Source: Macrostomum lignano (taxonomy: Eukaryota). Taken from it: a stretch of DNA of 64,000 nt. Numbering within the stretch: the first letter of the stretch is position 1; every line of letters begins with the position of its first letter. Shown one piece after another: positions 17,470 to 30,880 of the stretch. The notes beneath the pieces were generated by a model. It saw only the letters and a list, made by a program, of their open reading frames with translations. It was not told the DNA's origin and searched no databases. A program made the translations under genes and the position numbers. The DNA lies in the NCBI GenBank assembly GCA_002269645.1, contig NIVC01000353.1:62001-126000 (forward strand). Direction: 5' to 3'.

Positions 17470-20400
17470 TCCTATATACTAAAAATGAAAATCTTGCTTG
17501 CTTGCTTGCTTGCTTGCTTGTAATCGATTAGAGAAAAAATGGCTTAACCGATTTTCATGAGACTTGCACTGTTCGATCAGAAATTTTCCCGTGACGGTAC
17601 ATGTGTCTTGGCTAAGAAATTGCTCGATGCTAAAGGCATTAAATACTCGAAAAACATGCTTTTTTGCAAAGGTCAAGCAAACTTTTCGACTTGAAATGCA
17701 TTGTAAGAATGCTAGAAAAAAATTGACTGGTTGAATTCTGATTCTAAAATAGATTGCATCATAACTGAATTGTAACTCCGACTTGAATTGCGTCACAGTA
17801 TTGAAAATGCAGTGTGGAAGCGAAACACCAGACGTGATTTAGATTGCGTAACCATATTGTTAACTGATACTGACTGACTGAGAAATTGATTATGTCATAA
17901 CTGCCTCGTGTGATTTACTCCATGCTTGGAGTTTTGAAACTTATAATTATAAGTGCTAAAATTCATATTATCAAAACGATGAGAGCTAGCCTAGAGGTAA
18001 ACAGACTGACTGCTAAATGCAGGGACGATGGTTCGAATTTTTAGAGAGTGGAATTTTTTTAATTAAAGCTTTTTAACACCAAAAAGAAAACTAAAAAATC
18101 ATAGAAGCGTCATGTAAAAAATCATAGAAGCGTCATGTAAAAATCATAGAAGCGTCATGTAAAAAATCATAGAAGCGTCATGTAAAAAATCATGGAAGCG
18201 TCATGAAAAAATCATAGGAGCGTCATGAAAAAATCATAGAAGCATCATGTAAAAATCATAGAAGCGTCCTGCAGAAATCGTAGAAGCATCATGTAAATTC
18301 ATAGAAGCGTCATGTAAAAAATTGTGGAAGCGTCATGAAAATATCATAGAAGCGTCATGTAAAAAATCATAGAAGCGTCATGTAAACAATCATAGAAGCG
18401 TCATGTAAACAATCATAGAAGCGTCATGTAAACAATCATAGAAGCGTCATGTAAAAAATCATAGAAGTGTCATGTAAACAATCATAGAAGCGTCATGTAA
18501 AAAATCATAGAAGCGTCATGTAAACAATCATAGAAGCGTCATGCAAAAAATCATAGAAGTGCCATGTAAAAAATCATGGAAGCGTCATGTAAAAATCATA
18601 GAAGCGTCATGAAAAAATCATGGAAGCGTCATGTAAAAAATCATGGAAGCGTCATGAAAAAAAATCATGGAAGCGTCATGTAAAAATCATAGAAGTGTCA
18701 TGTAAAAAATCATGGAAGCGTCATGTAAAAAATCATAGAAGCGTCATGTAAAAAATCATGGAAGCGTCATGAAAAAATCATAGAAGCGTCATGAAAAAAA
18801 CATAGGAGCGTCCTGAAAAAATCATAGAAGCGTCATGTAAAAATCATAGAAGCGTCATGTAAACAATCATAGAAGCGTCCTGCAGATATCGTAGAAGCGT
18901 CATGAAATAATCATTGAAGCGTCATGTAAAAAGCATAGAAGCGTCATGTAAAAAATCATGGAAGCGTCATGTAAAAATTATAGTAGCGTCATGTAAAAAT
19001 CATAGAAGCATCATGAAAAAATCATAGAAGCGTCATGAAAAAAACATAGGAGCGTCATGAAAAAATCATAGAAACGTCATGTAAAAATCATAGAAGCGTC
19101 ATGTAAAAATCATAGAATCGTCATATAAAAAGCATAGAAGCGTCATGTAAACAATCATAGAAGCGTCATATAAAAAGCATAGAAGCATCATATAAACAAT
19201 CACAGAAGCGTCATGAAAAAATCATAGAAGCGTCATGTATAAATCATAGAAGTGTCATGTAAAAAATCATGGAAGCGTCATACAAAAAGCATAGAAGCGT
19301 CATATAAACAATCACAGAAGCGTCATGAAAAAATCATGGAAGCATCATGTAAAAATCATAGAAGTGTCATGTAAAAAATCATGGAAGCGTCATGTAAAAA
19401 GCATAGAAGCGTCATGTAAAAATCATAGAAGTGTCATGTAAAAAATCATGGAAGCGTCATGTAAAAAATCATAGAAGCGTCATGTAAAAAATCATGGAAG
19501 CGTCATGTAAAAATCATAGTAGCTTCATGTAAAAAATCATGGAAGCGTCATGAAAAAATCATAGAAGCGTCATGAAAAAATCATAGGAGCGTCATGAAAA
19601 AATCATAGAAGCATCATGTAAAAATCATAGAAGCATCCTGCAGAATTCGTAGAAGCATCATGTAAACAATCATAGAAGCGTCATGTAAACAATCATCGAA
19701 GCGTCATGAAATAATCATAGAAGCGTCATGTAAAAAGCATAGAAGCGTCATGTAAAAAGCATAGAAGCGTCATGTAAACAATCATAGAAGCGTCATGAAA
19801 AAATCATAGAAGCCTCATTTAAAAACTAATGAAAGCATCATTTAAAAAATTAAGAAGCATCATGGAAGAATAAAAGAAGTGTAATGTAAAAATCAAAAGA
19901 AGCGTCATGTCAGACATGAAGGATGTCATGTAAAAATGAAATGCAGCTATAATGCTGTGCTGGGAAGAAAAACTGAGACGTAAAGGCTCTCAGAGAATAA
20001 CTGAGATTACGAGGGGGGGGGGGTTGTTTCTGGGATCTCAAAGCAAAAGTCAGAAGCTACTTCAAAGTTCATGTACTTTACTCAATTTTTTATTGCATTC
20101 TTTGTTGGCTCGCCATGGGGGGGGTGCTGATAGAAGAAGAGTCATGTAAAAAATAAAAGTAGCACTATGTATACATAAAAGACAAGTCATGTCGAAGTTA
20201 AAAGATTCATTTGGGAATTGCTACGATGTCAAAGCTTGGTGGAAATCGTTATAGTGCTGTGATTCTTAAAGAAGGAATCACTAAAATGTCAAGGCTTAGG
20301 GGAGAAGAATTGCTGAGATTTCAATAAGGCTTTAGGTTGGGTTAAAGTTAGGTTTAGGTCAGGTGTGGGTTGAGGGTTATATTTTATCGGGTTTCAAGGT

Positions 20401-20970
20401 TAACAGTGGATTTTTTAGATTTCAAGGTTTATGGGGGCCATCGCTGACATGTCAAAGCTTACGGACGGGGGGGGGAATAGCTGAGATGTCAAGGCTCACG
20501 GGGGTATAAATGAGATTTCAAGGCTAAAGTCAGAAGCTACATGTAGTTTATTGAAAACTTTTTATTACATTATTTGATGCCTCCTCAGGCGAGGGATCGC
20601 TGATAAAAAAAGCGTTATGTAAAAAATGAAAGAAGCTTATCGCTATAATGCTGTAGTAGTGCTATAATGACTCTTAGAGAGAATTACTGAAATTTCAATG
20701 CTTTAGGGTTAGGTTAGGGTTAGGGTTAGGGTTAGGGTTAGGGTTAGAAGGTTGACAGATATTTTTAGATTTCCAAGGCTTATTGGGGGCATTGCTGAGA
20801 TGTCAAGGGGGGAAGTTGATATGTTAAAGCTGGGGGGGGGGAATTACTGACATGTCAAGGCTTACAAGGTTTGACAGGAGATTTTTTAAGATTTCAAGGA
20901 TACATGTAGCTTATTAAAAAAACGTGTATAGCATTTCTTTGGCTCCCCAACGGGGGGCGTAGATTGCTAG
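17470..20970 (+). mobile_element. Helitron array unit U1, non-autonomous type B (satellite ~18095-19810; TTAGGG tract 20703-20747)
   Basis: A|TCCTATATACTAAAAATG at 17470; ends GCTCCCCAACGGGGGGCGTAGATTGCTAG at 20970. Confidence 0.93.
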
Positions 20971-22395
20971 TCCTATATACTAAAAATGAAATGTCTGTAA
21001 CTAACTAGCTATGCGATAGATTTCAGAAAAATTGGCTCAACCGATTTTCTTCAAACTTGCACCATTCGATCAGAAATTTTCCATGGACGGTACATGCATC
21101 TTGGCTAAGAAATTGCTCAATGTTAAAGGGATTAAATATTCGAAAAACATGCTTTTTTGCAAAGGTCAAGCAGCTCTTTCGACCTGGAATGCATTGTATG
21201 AGTTGTAAGAATGCTAGAGAAAAAACCTACTGGCTGAATTCCGATTGTGATAAAGATTGCATCACAACTGAATTGTAACTCCGACTTGAATTGCGTCACA
21301 GTGTTGAAAACACTCTGTGGAAACATAGCACGAGACTTGATTTAGACTGCGTAACCATATTGTTAACTTTAATTAGAACTGATACTGACCGATTGAAAAA
21401 TTGATTATGTCATAACTCTCATAACTGCTTCGTGTTCATCTCTGCTTCGTGCTCATCTCGATCGCGTTAAACATACGAGTAAAAGAAGCGTTATGTAAAA
21501 CGCTTAGTGGGGGAATTGCTGAGATGTCGATGCTTACTCCAGAACCAAGAACCAAATGTTTCATTTCAAGCATAAGTAGCTCATGTAAAGCATAGAATAT
21601 AAACGAATATTCCATAACACATGCCTTTCTGCAAGGGTCAACAGAACTTTCTACTGCGAGCCATTCTGACTGGAATTAAACTAGGCAGCGTCAGTAAATT
21701 AGTATTTTTTGTCGCCACTCTAGAGAATTATAAATGTACACTGCGAGAAGAGATGTGTATTATAAAATGTTCACGTGCACAATTAACAAACTAACTTTAA
21801 AAGCTGGAAATAGGGAGAGTGAGAGAGTGAAACACATACGAGCGTACGAGTATATTTAATCGATTCACATCGCAAGCTAAAGCTAAAGAAACCTGAGTTG
21901 CCTTTTCATATGCGATATTCAAGACCCCCAATCTATAGGCTAAAGTACGTTTTAGTAAGACCGTCGTATCATAAAAAGTGCATACCATCCATCGATAAAT
22001 AGAATTATTATTAAATGCCACAGAGATGTACATTGGCTACTGAGATTTGCGCCTCCTTCAGAAAATTTATCTCAATCCTTTAACATGGGAGAGTTAGCCT
22101 TAGGCTTAAAAATTCATTACAGTACTGGGCCAAGGTGTTTTAGAGAGAATATTAAATAATAAAAAGTCCTGACCAATTAGCAGGCGGGTGTTGGAGACAG
22201 AATTTAGGCTTGCTGTACACACTGACAGTCTGACGACAGTGTACAAATGGTGTCCAGCTTTTTGGGGTTGTGTGGTTGATGAGTTTAAAACGCGTGACAT
22301 GATAGATTTCATACCATACTCTTTTCTCGCACACAACCCCCATACTATTTTTTCATTATCACTCAAAATTCTTATTTTTCAATTCGAATTCCAAT

Positions 22396-25300
22396 ATGGC
22401 TCGACGTGGCACCAGCGCATTGAAGAAGAGCAGAGATGCCAAGAAGAAGCGTCAGCAAGAGAGTGCCGTTCAGCGAGAAGAGCGCCTGATGAGACTCCGA
22501 CAGCAGGAGGCTGAGCGAAGAGCAAGTGAAACCGATGCTCAGCGAGAAGAGCGCCTGACGAGACTCCGACAGCAGGAGGCTGAGCAAAGAGCAAGTGAAA
22601 CCGATGCTCAGCGAGAAGAGCGCCTGACGAGACTCCGACAGCAGGAGGCTGAGCAAAGAGCAAGTGAAACCGATGCTCAGCGAGAAGAGCGCCTGACGAG
22701 ACTCCGACAGGAGAATGCTGAGCAAAGAGCAACTGAAACAGACGCTCAGCGTGAAGAGCGTAGATCTGCAGACAGAATTCGTGCAGAGAAGCGACGCGCT
22801 TCAGAAACCGAAGATGAACGAAGAGCTCGAATCGAAGCCGAACAAATTCGCCGTCGAGGAGTGTCGGTTAGCAGGTAGGATGACGTTTTAATCTGAGCTA
22901 TTATATATTTCTGTGATCATTCTTAACACACTGTGACCGTTAAATGATAATAATCAATGTGCCCGTTGTGTTCATGTTTATTCTTTTATGGGTATTTTGT
23001 ATTGTAGTTGTTGTTTAATTGGTACATAGGCTTATACTGAAAAACTAGAGCCCATTTCTAAGTCTTTTAACGCAATTTTTCTCATATTTTTGAGATAGGC
23101 TTCCAGGAATTATACATATGAGATAAGTATTTTAGATAGAATCTACAATTAAAATATATTCGGTTTCTAATAATATTAAGTTTCGAAGCCTGTTTCTAAG
23201 AATATTATATGTGTGAGTCGGCTTCGAAGAATCTTAAATCTATGAGATAGGTATTTAATATAACAATATTAATTTATGAGAATCGGTTAAGCATTTTTTA
23301 CTGATGAAAATGGTTTTCGAAGAATCTTTGTTTATAATGCAATTACATTTTAGACTGGTTTGTAAGAATGTAGAATGGCATAAAAATATTCTTCACTATT
23401 CTAAGAACCGCCAAATGAAGTTGTGTATAATCCAAATATACTAAATCTTTATTTCCTCTATTCCAGGTTTGATAGTAGTGAGTTGGCCACACCGTCTGTG
23501 GTACCTTTTGATGCGTTGCGCATAATTCGAATTCCTGGTGATGGGAACTGTTTTTTTCATGCAGTCTGTGACCAGTTGCAGGGCACTCCACTTGAGACCG
23601 ATGCAGCATCTTTAAGACACGAGCTGACGAGCCGTGTAGTGCAGATTATGCCAGAATTGATTGAACAAGGCTTTGTTTTGCCAGAAAATGCTGATTTCAT
23701 TGTTGATTCATCTTTTTCTGAAGGCACATATGTGCCTGATGAAGTTGTTCCGCTTTTAAGCCGTTGTTTTAATGTTGATCTGGTAATTTATCAAGAAAAT
23801 GGCAGTGTATTGCAGTACTGTATGTCCCCTTTGCAGCCACCGATTGCAATCGTCCGAATTCTTTTGCGTCATGAGCATTATGAGTCATTGCGATTTGCTA
23901 ATCCGATTTCAGTTTCTGAGCCCATTGCAGATGCAGAGGAGCCAAGATTAACTCAGCAGAGTGCAGGTCATTTTGGCGCAAGACCTGCTCAAGAGAGGTA
24001 GGTCATTGGTGTGACTGGTCATCATAATTTATTTGTCATCGAAATCAAGTTTTAAGTTTTATTCTAATATTTTTTTGTAAAATGAAAGATTAACCGGGAA
24101 AACTATTTGCCATTAATCCTTCCTAATCCTAATCCTTCCAATCACAGGCCAGAACGGATTATCAGGCCTGAAGCGCCAGCCCATAACTGTGGCCCAATGG
24201 ACAGAGCATGCGACCAATGCGGTGCATTACTTTGGTGCTCTGAGACGAGGAATTTCTGCTGCGCCAAAGGCAAGGTAAAGCTACCCAGCCGCACCGTGCC
24301 TCAAGTGCTGGCGGATCTGTACATGGGGCAGCACAGAATGAGTGCTGAGTTCCTGACCAACATTAGAAGTTACAACTCGGCGCTGCACCTGACATCGCTG
24401 GGTGCCAAACTGCGGTTGGTGCCAGGCTGGTGTCCCAGCTTCATCATCAGCGGCCAGTTGCATCACAACACGGCGTCGCTGTTTGCAGAAGATTCAGCTG
24501 AGCCCCATGGCTGGCAAGTGTATTTCAATGATCGCGAACTTGAAAGCCGCCAGAGTCTCAGCCAGAAGGTGAAGCCGGAGCTACTGGAGCTGCTGCAGAC
24601 GCTGCTTCACGAGTGTAACGGCTATGTCCGCAGCCTGAGGGCAGTCGCTCATCGAATCAGTCAAGATCCGGAGTTGGGAGATGCGCGAATCGTGATTCAC
24701 CCTGACCGTCGACCATCTGGGGAACACATTCGGTATGTCTGCAAGACACTTTAATAACATATTTTGCGTAATAAAGTATCTAATTATCCAATTTGTACAG
24801 ACTCTGTATCCCACAAAATCCGTTTGAAATCAGGCGCTACAACTTGCCTACGGCGAACGAGGTCGGTATCCTGATCGTTGAGGACAATGAGAACACACCG
24901 GCCAGTCGGGACGTCGTGATTCAGCTGCGTGGAGGCGGTTCCCAGCGAATCAGTGAGACGCACCGCTCATACGACCCGCTGGAGTATGTGCTGCTGTTCC
25001 CGAATGGCGAAGATGGCTGGCACCCGGAGTTGCTGATGAGTAATGGCAAGAAATTAACGCCCATGAAATACTATGCGAGCGAAATCATGGTGCGAGCGGG
25101 CCAGTTCAGTGTGCTGCACTATGGCCGAAGATTATTTCAGCAGTACTTGGTGGACATGTGTGCCAAGATTGAGGCAGAGAGGCTGCTGTATTTGCGGACC
25201 CATCAGCAGGACCTGCGCAGCGAGACGTATAGCGGTCTGCGGGACGCTTTGTTTGCGGCTGATGGCAGGTCTACCGACAGAGATCCGAGTGACATAGGCA

Positions 25301-28300
25301 AGCCCGCGCATGTGCTTCTGTCTTCGAGCTTCGTTGGCGGGCCAAGGTACCTGATGGAGAGGCTACAAGACGCTATGACCTATGTTCACAAGTTCGGTAA
25401 GCCGGACCTGTTTGTCACCGCAACGTGCAATCCGAAATGGCCGGAGATCAGCGCCCAGCTGCTGCCTGGACAGCGGGCAGAAGACCGGCCCGACATTGTT
25501 AGCCGAGTCTTTGAAATGAAGAAGAAAGCTCTGCTGGCCCAGTTGACCAAGCGCTATGGGAAAGAGGCCGCTCACGTTTGCTCACTGGAGTACCAGAAGC
25601 GTGGTGAGTAAAAATTCTGACTTGCAAGAATCAAAGTTTTAAGATTTATTGAAATTTAGATTTACAAAGGTTTGTGATTTTTTCTACTTTTTTGACGCTC
25701 CAGGTCTTCCTCATGTGCACTTTCTGCTGTGGCTCGTGAGCGGTCAGCGAGTGACTCCGGACCGATACGATGACATCGTGTCTGCCGAGATTCCGGACCC
25801 AGAGCAGCAGCCCGTGCTGTATGAGCTGGTGAAGACGCACATGATCCATGGCCCCTGCGGCAAGGACAATCCAGCGTGCCCTTGCATGGAGAATGGCGAA
25901 TGCAGCAAGGGCTTTCCTAAAGAATTCCAGCAGGTGACGCTGACCAGCGATACAGGCTACCCACTGTACCGCAGACTGTCGCCTGAGATGGGCGGATTTA
26001 CAGTGGACAAGCTGTTTAAAGGCCGGAGCATTCGCATGGACAACAGGGGAGTTCAAACGCTAATATATTGCTCAGTTGTGCTTTGCTGCTTTTGTTTCTG
26101 AAAGTTAATGATATTATTTTTTCATTAAAACAGGTGGGTCGTTCCGTACAGCCCTGACCTGTTGCTCCAGTTTGTATGCCACTTGAACGTCGAAGTTTGC
26201 GCCACTGTGAAGTCGGTCAAGTACGTGATCAAGTACCTGCTAAAGGGTGGCGACATGGCGACGTTCAAAGTCGATGCCAATAGGAATCCAACTGAACCGA
26301 GAGAGCAGGCAGTGGGTGACCAGCAGCCGACGCAAAGGACAGGAAATGAGCCACGTGATGAGATCAAAGAGTACCTGTCCGCGCGCTACATTGGTCCAAT
26401 GGAAGCCGTGAATACCATCTTGGGCTTTGAAGTAATTCGCATTTTAATTATTATTGGCTCATTTTAACCAGAGCTGTGAACACCTCGTCATAGTATAAAT
26501 TGAATTTCCATTGAAACTTAAAGGCTGTATATTTCCTTCCACTTTCTGATCAGGTGCACAACAGATTTCCGGCGGTCATCCGACTCTGCGTTCACAAGTC
26601 GGAAGAGCAGCTCGTGTATTTCAACGAGGGGACCGCAAGAGCAAAAGCGAGAACGCCGAAGGATTCGACGTTGACGGCATTTTTCAAGCTGTGCCGTATT
26701 GACGAATTTGCTGGGTCCTTGCTCTACACGGAGGTGCCGTCCTACTTTGTGTGGCACTCCAGCGAAAGAGAGTGGCGGCGGGCCAAGCAGGGTGTGCGAG
26801 TCGATGGCCATCCGGGTGTAGTGCGGAACAAAAACGTTGCACGCATGTACACGGTGAGTCCAAGAGCAGGTGATTTATTTTATGTTCGAATGCTCCTTTT
26901 GAATGCTAGGGGACCGACTAGCTTCGAGGCGCTGCAGACCGTGGACGGCGTTGTGCATCCGAGCGCCAAGGCTGCTTGCATGGCACTTGGCCTGCTGCAG
27001 CGAGATGACCACTGGCGGCGGTGTCTAGCTGAGGCCGTTCAGTCAAGAATGCCAAGAGCCCTGAGACATCTTCTGGCCGTAATTCTCATATGGGGTGAGC
27101 CTGAGGATGGCAGCGACCTCTGGTGCAGTTTTGCCGAGGATCTCAGCGAGGACCTGCGGTTTCACCACCGAGACTTGAGCACCGAGGAGATTACTGACCT
27201 GGCGCTGCGTGAGCTTCAGAGCATGCTGATCTCCATGGGCGGGAGAAGCCTGCCAGAGTACGGCCTGCCTGCGGCCTCCGTGACACCTCAAGATGGACCA
27301 ATGCAGTTTGATACGGTTGAGCAAGCACTGATTACTGAGGCGCGCTTACCAATGCTGACAGATGAGCAGAAAGCGGTGTACGAGTCCGTGACTCAGAATC
27401 TTGTGGACGGCGCCAGCGGCTTGCACTTCCTGGACGCACCTGCTGGCACTGGCAAGACCTTCCTGCTGGAGGTTCTGCTAGCCTTCGTGCGCAGCCGGGG
27501 TGAAGTCGCCCTCGCCGTTGCGGCTTCTGGAATCGCAGCGACTCTTTTGCCAGGTGGACAGACGGCGCATTCAACGTGAGTAATTTATTGTCAATATTTC
27601 AAAAAGCAGTTGTAAATATTTCGTGTGCTGTAAATATGTTCGGCATGGTGAAACTATTTGTCTATGCCAGGTTCAAGATACCAATTCGGGCGATCCGTTC
27701 GAGCAAAGACGTGTGCGCTGTTGGAGCGCAGTCCAAACAGGCCGCTTTATTTCGGACAGTGCGTCTAATTGTCTGGGACGAGATTTCTATGACAAACCGG
27801 AAGGATTTGGAGGCCGTCGACCGGTGCTTGCGAGACGTGCGGAAGCAGGACGTGCCATTCGGCGGAGTGGTTTTCGTTTGCGCTGGGGACTTTCGCCAGC
27901 TGCTGCCCGTTGTGGTGCATGGGACTCGAGCCAACAGCGTCATGGCGTGTGTCAGCAGATCCCCACTGTGGAAATTTTTCCGGCGGCATCGCCTTACAAG
28001 AAACATCCGATTGCTGAGCAGTTCCGATTCTGCAACGTATTTGAGATACACCGAGCTACTCAAGCAGGTAAGTTTGTTTTCATCAGTTTATTTATTGGAA
28101 GATTTAAGGATGTTCGGTTTCTTTCGTGTTGAGAGCTCCATTTTAAAAATTGTGGCTTATTCAAGAATGCCTTGCTTAAAGTCTGTCTAGCGTTTTAAAT
28201 ATTTTACTTTTAACTCCCCCAGATCGGATCCGGAACAATTGAGCAGGATGCAGAGGAGAAAGTGTCTCTTCCTGCTGAGATCATTATTTCTGCGGAGGCG

Positions 28301-28987
28301 CCGCTCAATGATCTGATAAATTTTGTGTACCCATCGTTTGAGGCCTCAGTGGAGAGGGACGGCTACTTTGCAAGCCGAGCGATCCTGGCGCCGTACAATG
28401 ACTCAGTGGATGCCATCAACGAGACGTGCCTGGGCATGTTCCCCGGCAGCCTGCGGGAGTACCGCTCAATAGACAGTGTGGCCGATGAGGATGCCGCTAC
28501 GCACTTCCCGCCTGAGTTGCTCAACCAGCTGGATGCCCCGAACTTTCCGATTCACTTGCTGAGGCTAAAAGTGGGTATGCCAGTAGTTCTTCTCAGGAAC
28601 ATCAACCCGCCACGATTGTGCAATGGTACGCGGCTGATCATACTCGCAATGGGCGAGAACGTGCTTAGATGCAAGATTGCCGCCGGCCAGTTCACGGGAG
28701 ACGAGATTCTTCTGCCGCGAATCCCGCTGATTCCTAGCAATGCGGACCTCCCCGTCAGTTTTAAGCGGCTGCAGTTCCCTGTGAAGCCGAGTTTCTGCCT
28801 GACGATTCACAAGTCGCAGGGACAGTCTCTGGACACAGTTGGCATTGACCTGTCAGTCGGTTGCTTCACGCATGGCCAGCTGTACACGGCGCTGTCACGA
28901 GCAAAGAACGCGGCAAATGTTCGCGTCCGGATTCCGGGAACAAGGACCAGAAACGTTGTGTTTCCAGAAGTTCTCACTGAAGACTAA
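22396..28987 (+). CDS. Helitron RepHel transposase: 23-aa charged repeats + OTU protease + Zn-binding motif + HUH/Y2 Rep + PIF1 helicase, ~1729 aa. Exons 22396-22874, 23467-23997, 24148-24732, 24834-25603, 25704-26046, 26134-26431, 26554-27575, 27671-28067, 28223-28987
   Basis: OTU motifs IPGDGNCFFHAV...HEHYESL; CDQC..CC; Rep motifs PDLFVTATCNP, EYQKR|GLPHVHFLL and KYVIKYLLKG; helicase motifs DAPAGTGKT, IVWDEISM, GDFRQLLP, TIHKSQGQSL and HGQLYTALSR. The spliced length of 5190 nt is a multiple of 3, and conserved motifs are rejoined across introns. One donor (26047) reads GG instead of GT. Confidence 0.93.
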
Positions 28988-30129
28988 TTTATTTATCGTA
29001 AAAAATGAGGGGTGAGCAATAATTTTCCTTATTATTGCAAAAGGCTAGAAAGTATATTCATTTATTTTTAAGGAAAAATAGAATAATTATTTCCCATCTC
29101 TCTTAAGTAATAGCTCTCATTCTCTAAAGCAATAGCTGTCAATAGCTCTCATTCCTAAAAGAATCGCAGGAAACTTATTGCCCCAACCTCATTTCTAACG
29201 AAGCGTAGATATTGCATGGCAGTGAGTACGAGCTAATAGCTAATGAACTTTATGTTGAAGCTCAATTAGGCTTATTTTATTCATTGTATAAATTTTTACA
29301 GTCAATTTGCACTTTACAGTTAATTTGTATTTTAAGGCAATTTCATATAGCCGAAAGTAACTTTTGAAACAAACCTTCTTTTGCACTGCTTTTAATGAAT
29401 TCAATCTTTGATGAGCAGTTAATTTTGTCTTTTATTTTTCCCCTGAAATTTCATCATAATTTGTGTAAAAACTTTACTTATTTTATATCGCAAATTTATG
29501 CAAAAGACGAAACAACTTTGTTTTTAGTTTTCCAAGGTTCGCAAAAACTTAACATTAGAGTGAATTTTAGTATATGGATTTTTACGCAAACTACGAGTGA
29601 CAGTCTTTTTTTCAAAAATCAAAAATATCTCAAGTCACCTGTAACAACTGTGGACTGTAAGCTCATAAAAAACGATTTGCATCAACTTGCGATGGGGCCT
29701 TCGTCTTCCATATATTGAAAGTTGAATAATATACGAAACTCACAAGATGTCAATTTTAACTAAGGCGAAGGCCCTGAATGAAGCTTTTGTCTTACTTCAT
29801 TTCTTAATCTTTGGCGAAACAAATATGAATAGTCTGTGGCAAAGCGCAAAGGCTAAGGAAATAGAGCCGAACTGATTGTTCTGACTATAGATTTGAGGGC
29901 AGGAATGAGCGAATCAGAGGGCTGCGACTATAGACTAACGTAGAGTATTAAAGGAACTCATCTGGTCACATGCAGCCATTGCACACGCTATGTATACGTG
30001 ACATATCGGTTGTACTTTTAATGCCATGTTCATAAGTTTCACTTTGTACTTTTCAAGTTTATTCGCAAAAAAATACAAAAAATTCTTGCGTTACAAACGT
30101 CAAAAACGTTTAACAAACGTTAAAAATTA

Positions 30130-30880
30130 AAGAGCCACCATGCCAAACATTAAAGAGCCACCATGTCAAACATAAAAGGACCAACATGTCAAACATTAAA
30201 GAGCCACAATGTCAAGCATAAAAGGACCACCATGTCGAACATTAAAGAGCCACCATGTCAAAAATTAAAGAGCCACCATGTCGAACATTAAAGAGCTACC
30301 ATGCCAAACATTAAAAAAGAGCCACCATGTCAAAAATAAAAAAGCCACCATGTAGAACATTAAAGAGCCATTATGTCAAACCTAAAAGAGCCACCATGTC
30401 AAACATTTAAGAGCCACCATGTCAAACATTAAAGAGCCACCATGTCAAACATTAAAGAGCCACCATGTCAAACATTAAAGAGCCACAATGTCAAGCATAA
30501 AAGGACCACCATGTCGAACATTAAAGAGCCACCATGTCAAAAATTAAAGAGCCACCATGTCGAACATTAAAGAGCTACCATGCCAAACATTAAAAAAGAG
30601 CCACCATGTCAAAAATAAAAAAGCCACCATGTAGAACATTAAAGAGCCATTATGTCAAACCTAAAAGAGCCACCATGTCAAACATTTAAGAGCCACCATG
30701 TCAAACATTAAAGAGCCACCATGTCAAACATTAAAGAGCCACCATGTCAAGCATAAAAGGACCACCATGTCGAGCATTATAGAGCCACCATGTCTAACAT
30801 TAAAGAGCCACCATGTCGAACATTAAAGAGCCACCATGTCGAAGATTATAGAGCCACCATGTCGAACATTAAAGAGCCAC
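30130..30880 (+). repeat. Type-A 23-bp satellite (GAGCCACCATGTCAAACATTAAA)n in U2, followed by 18-bp (GGATGCTTGCTATCTGGG)n at ~30880-30970
   Basis: Read directly; a ~300-bp block of variant units is itself duplicated (about 30190-30480 and 30480-30780). Confidence 0.92.

Noticed and set aside
18095-19810. CRISPR-like or other spacer-containing array
   Set aside because: The monomers are contiguous with no unique spacers, and the context is eukaryotic; the same holds for all 23-bp arrays.
22550-22600. Hammerhead-like CTGACGAG...GAAAC motif
   Set aside because: Lies in the coding 69-bp repeat, and the required stems cannot be formed.
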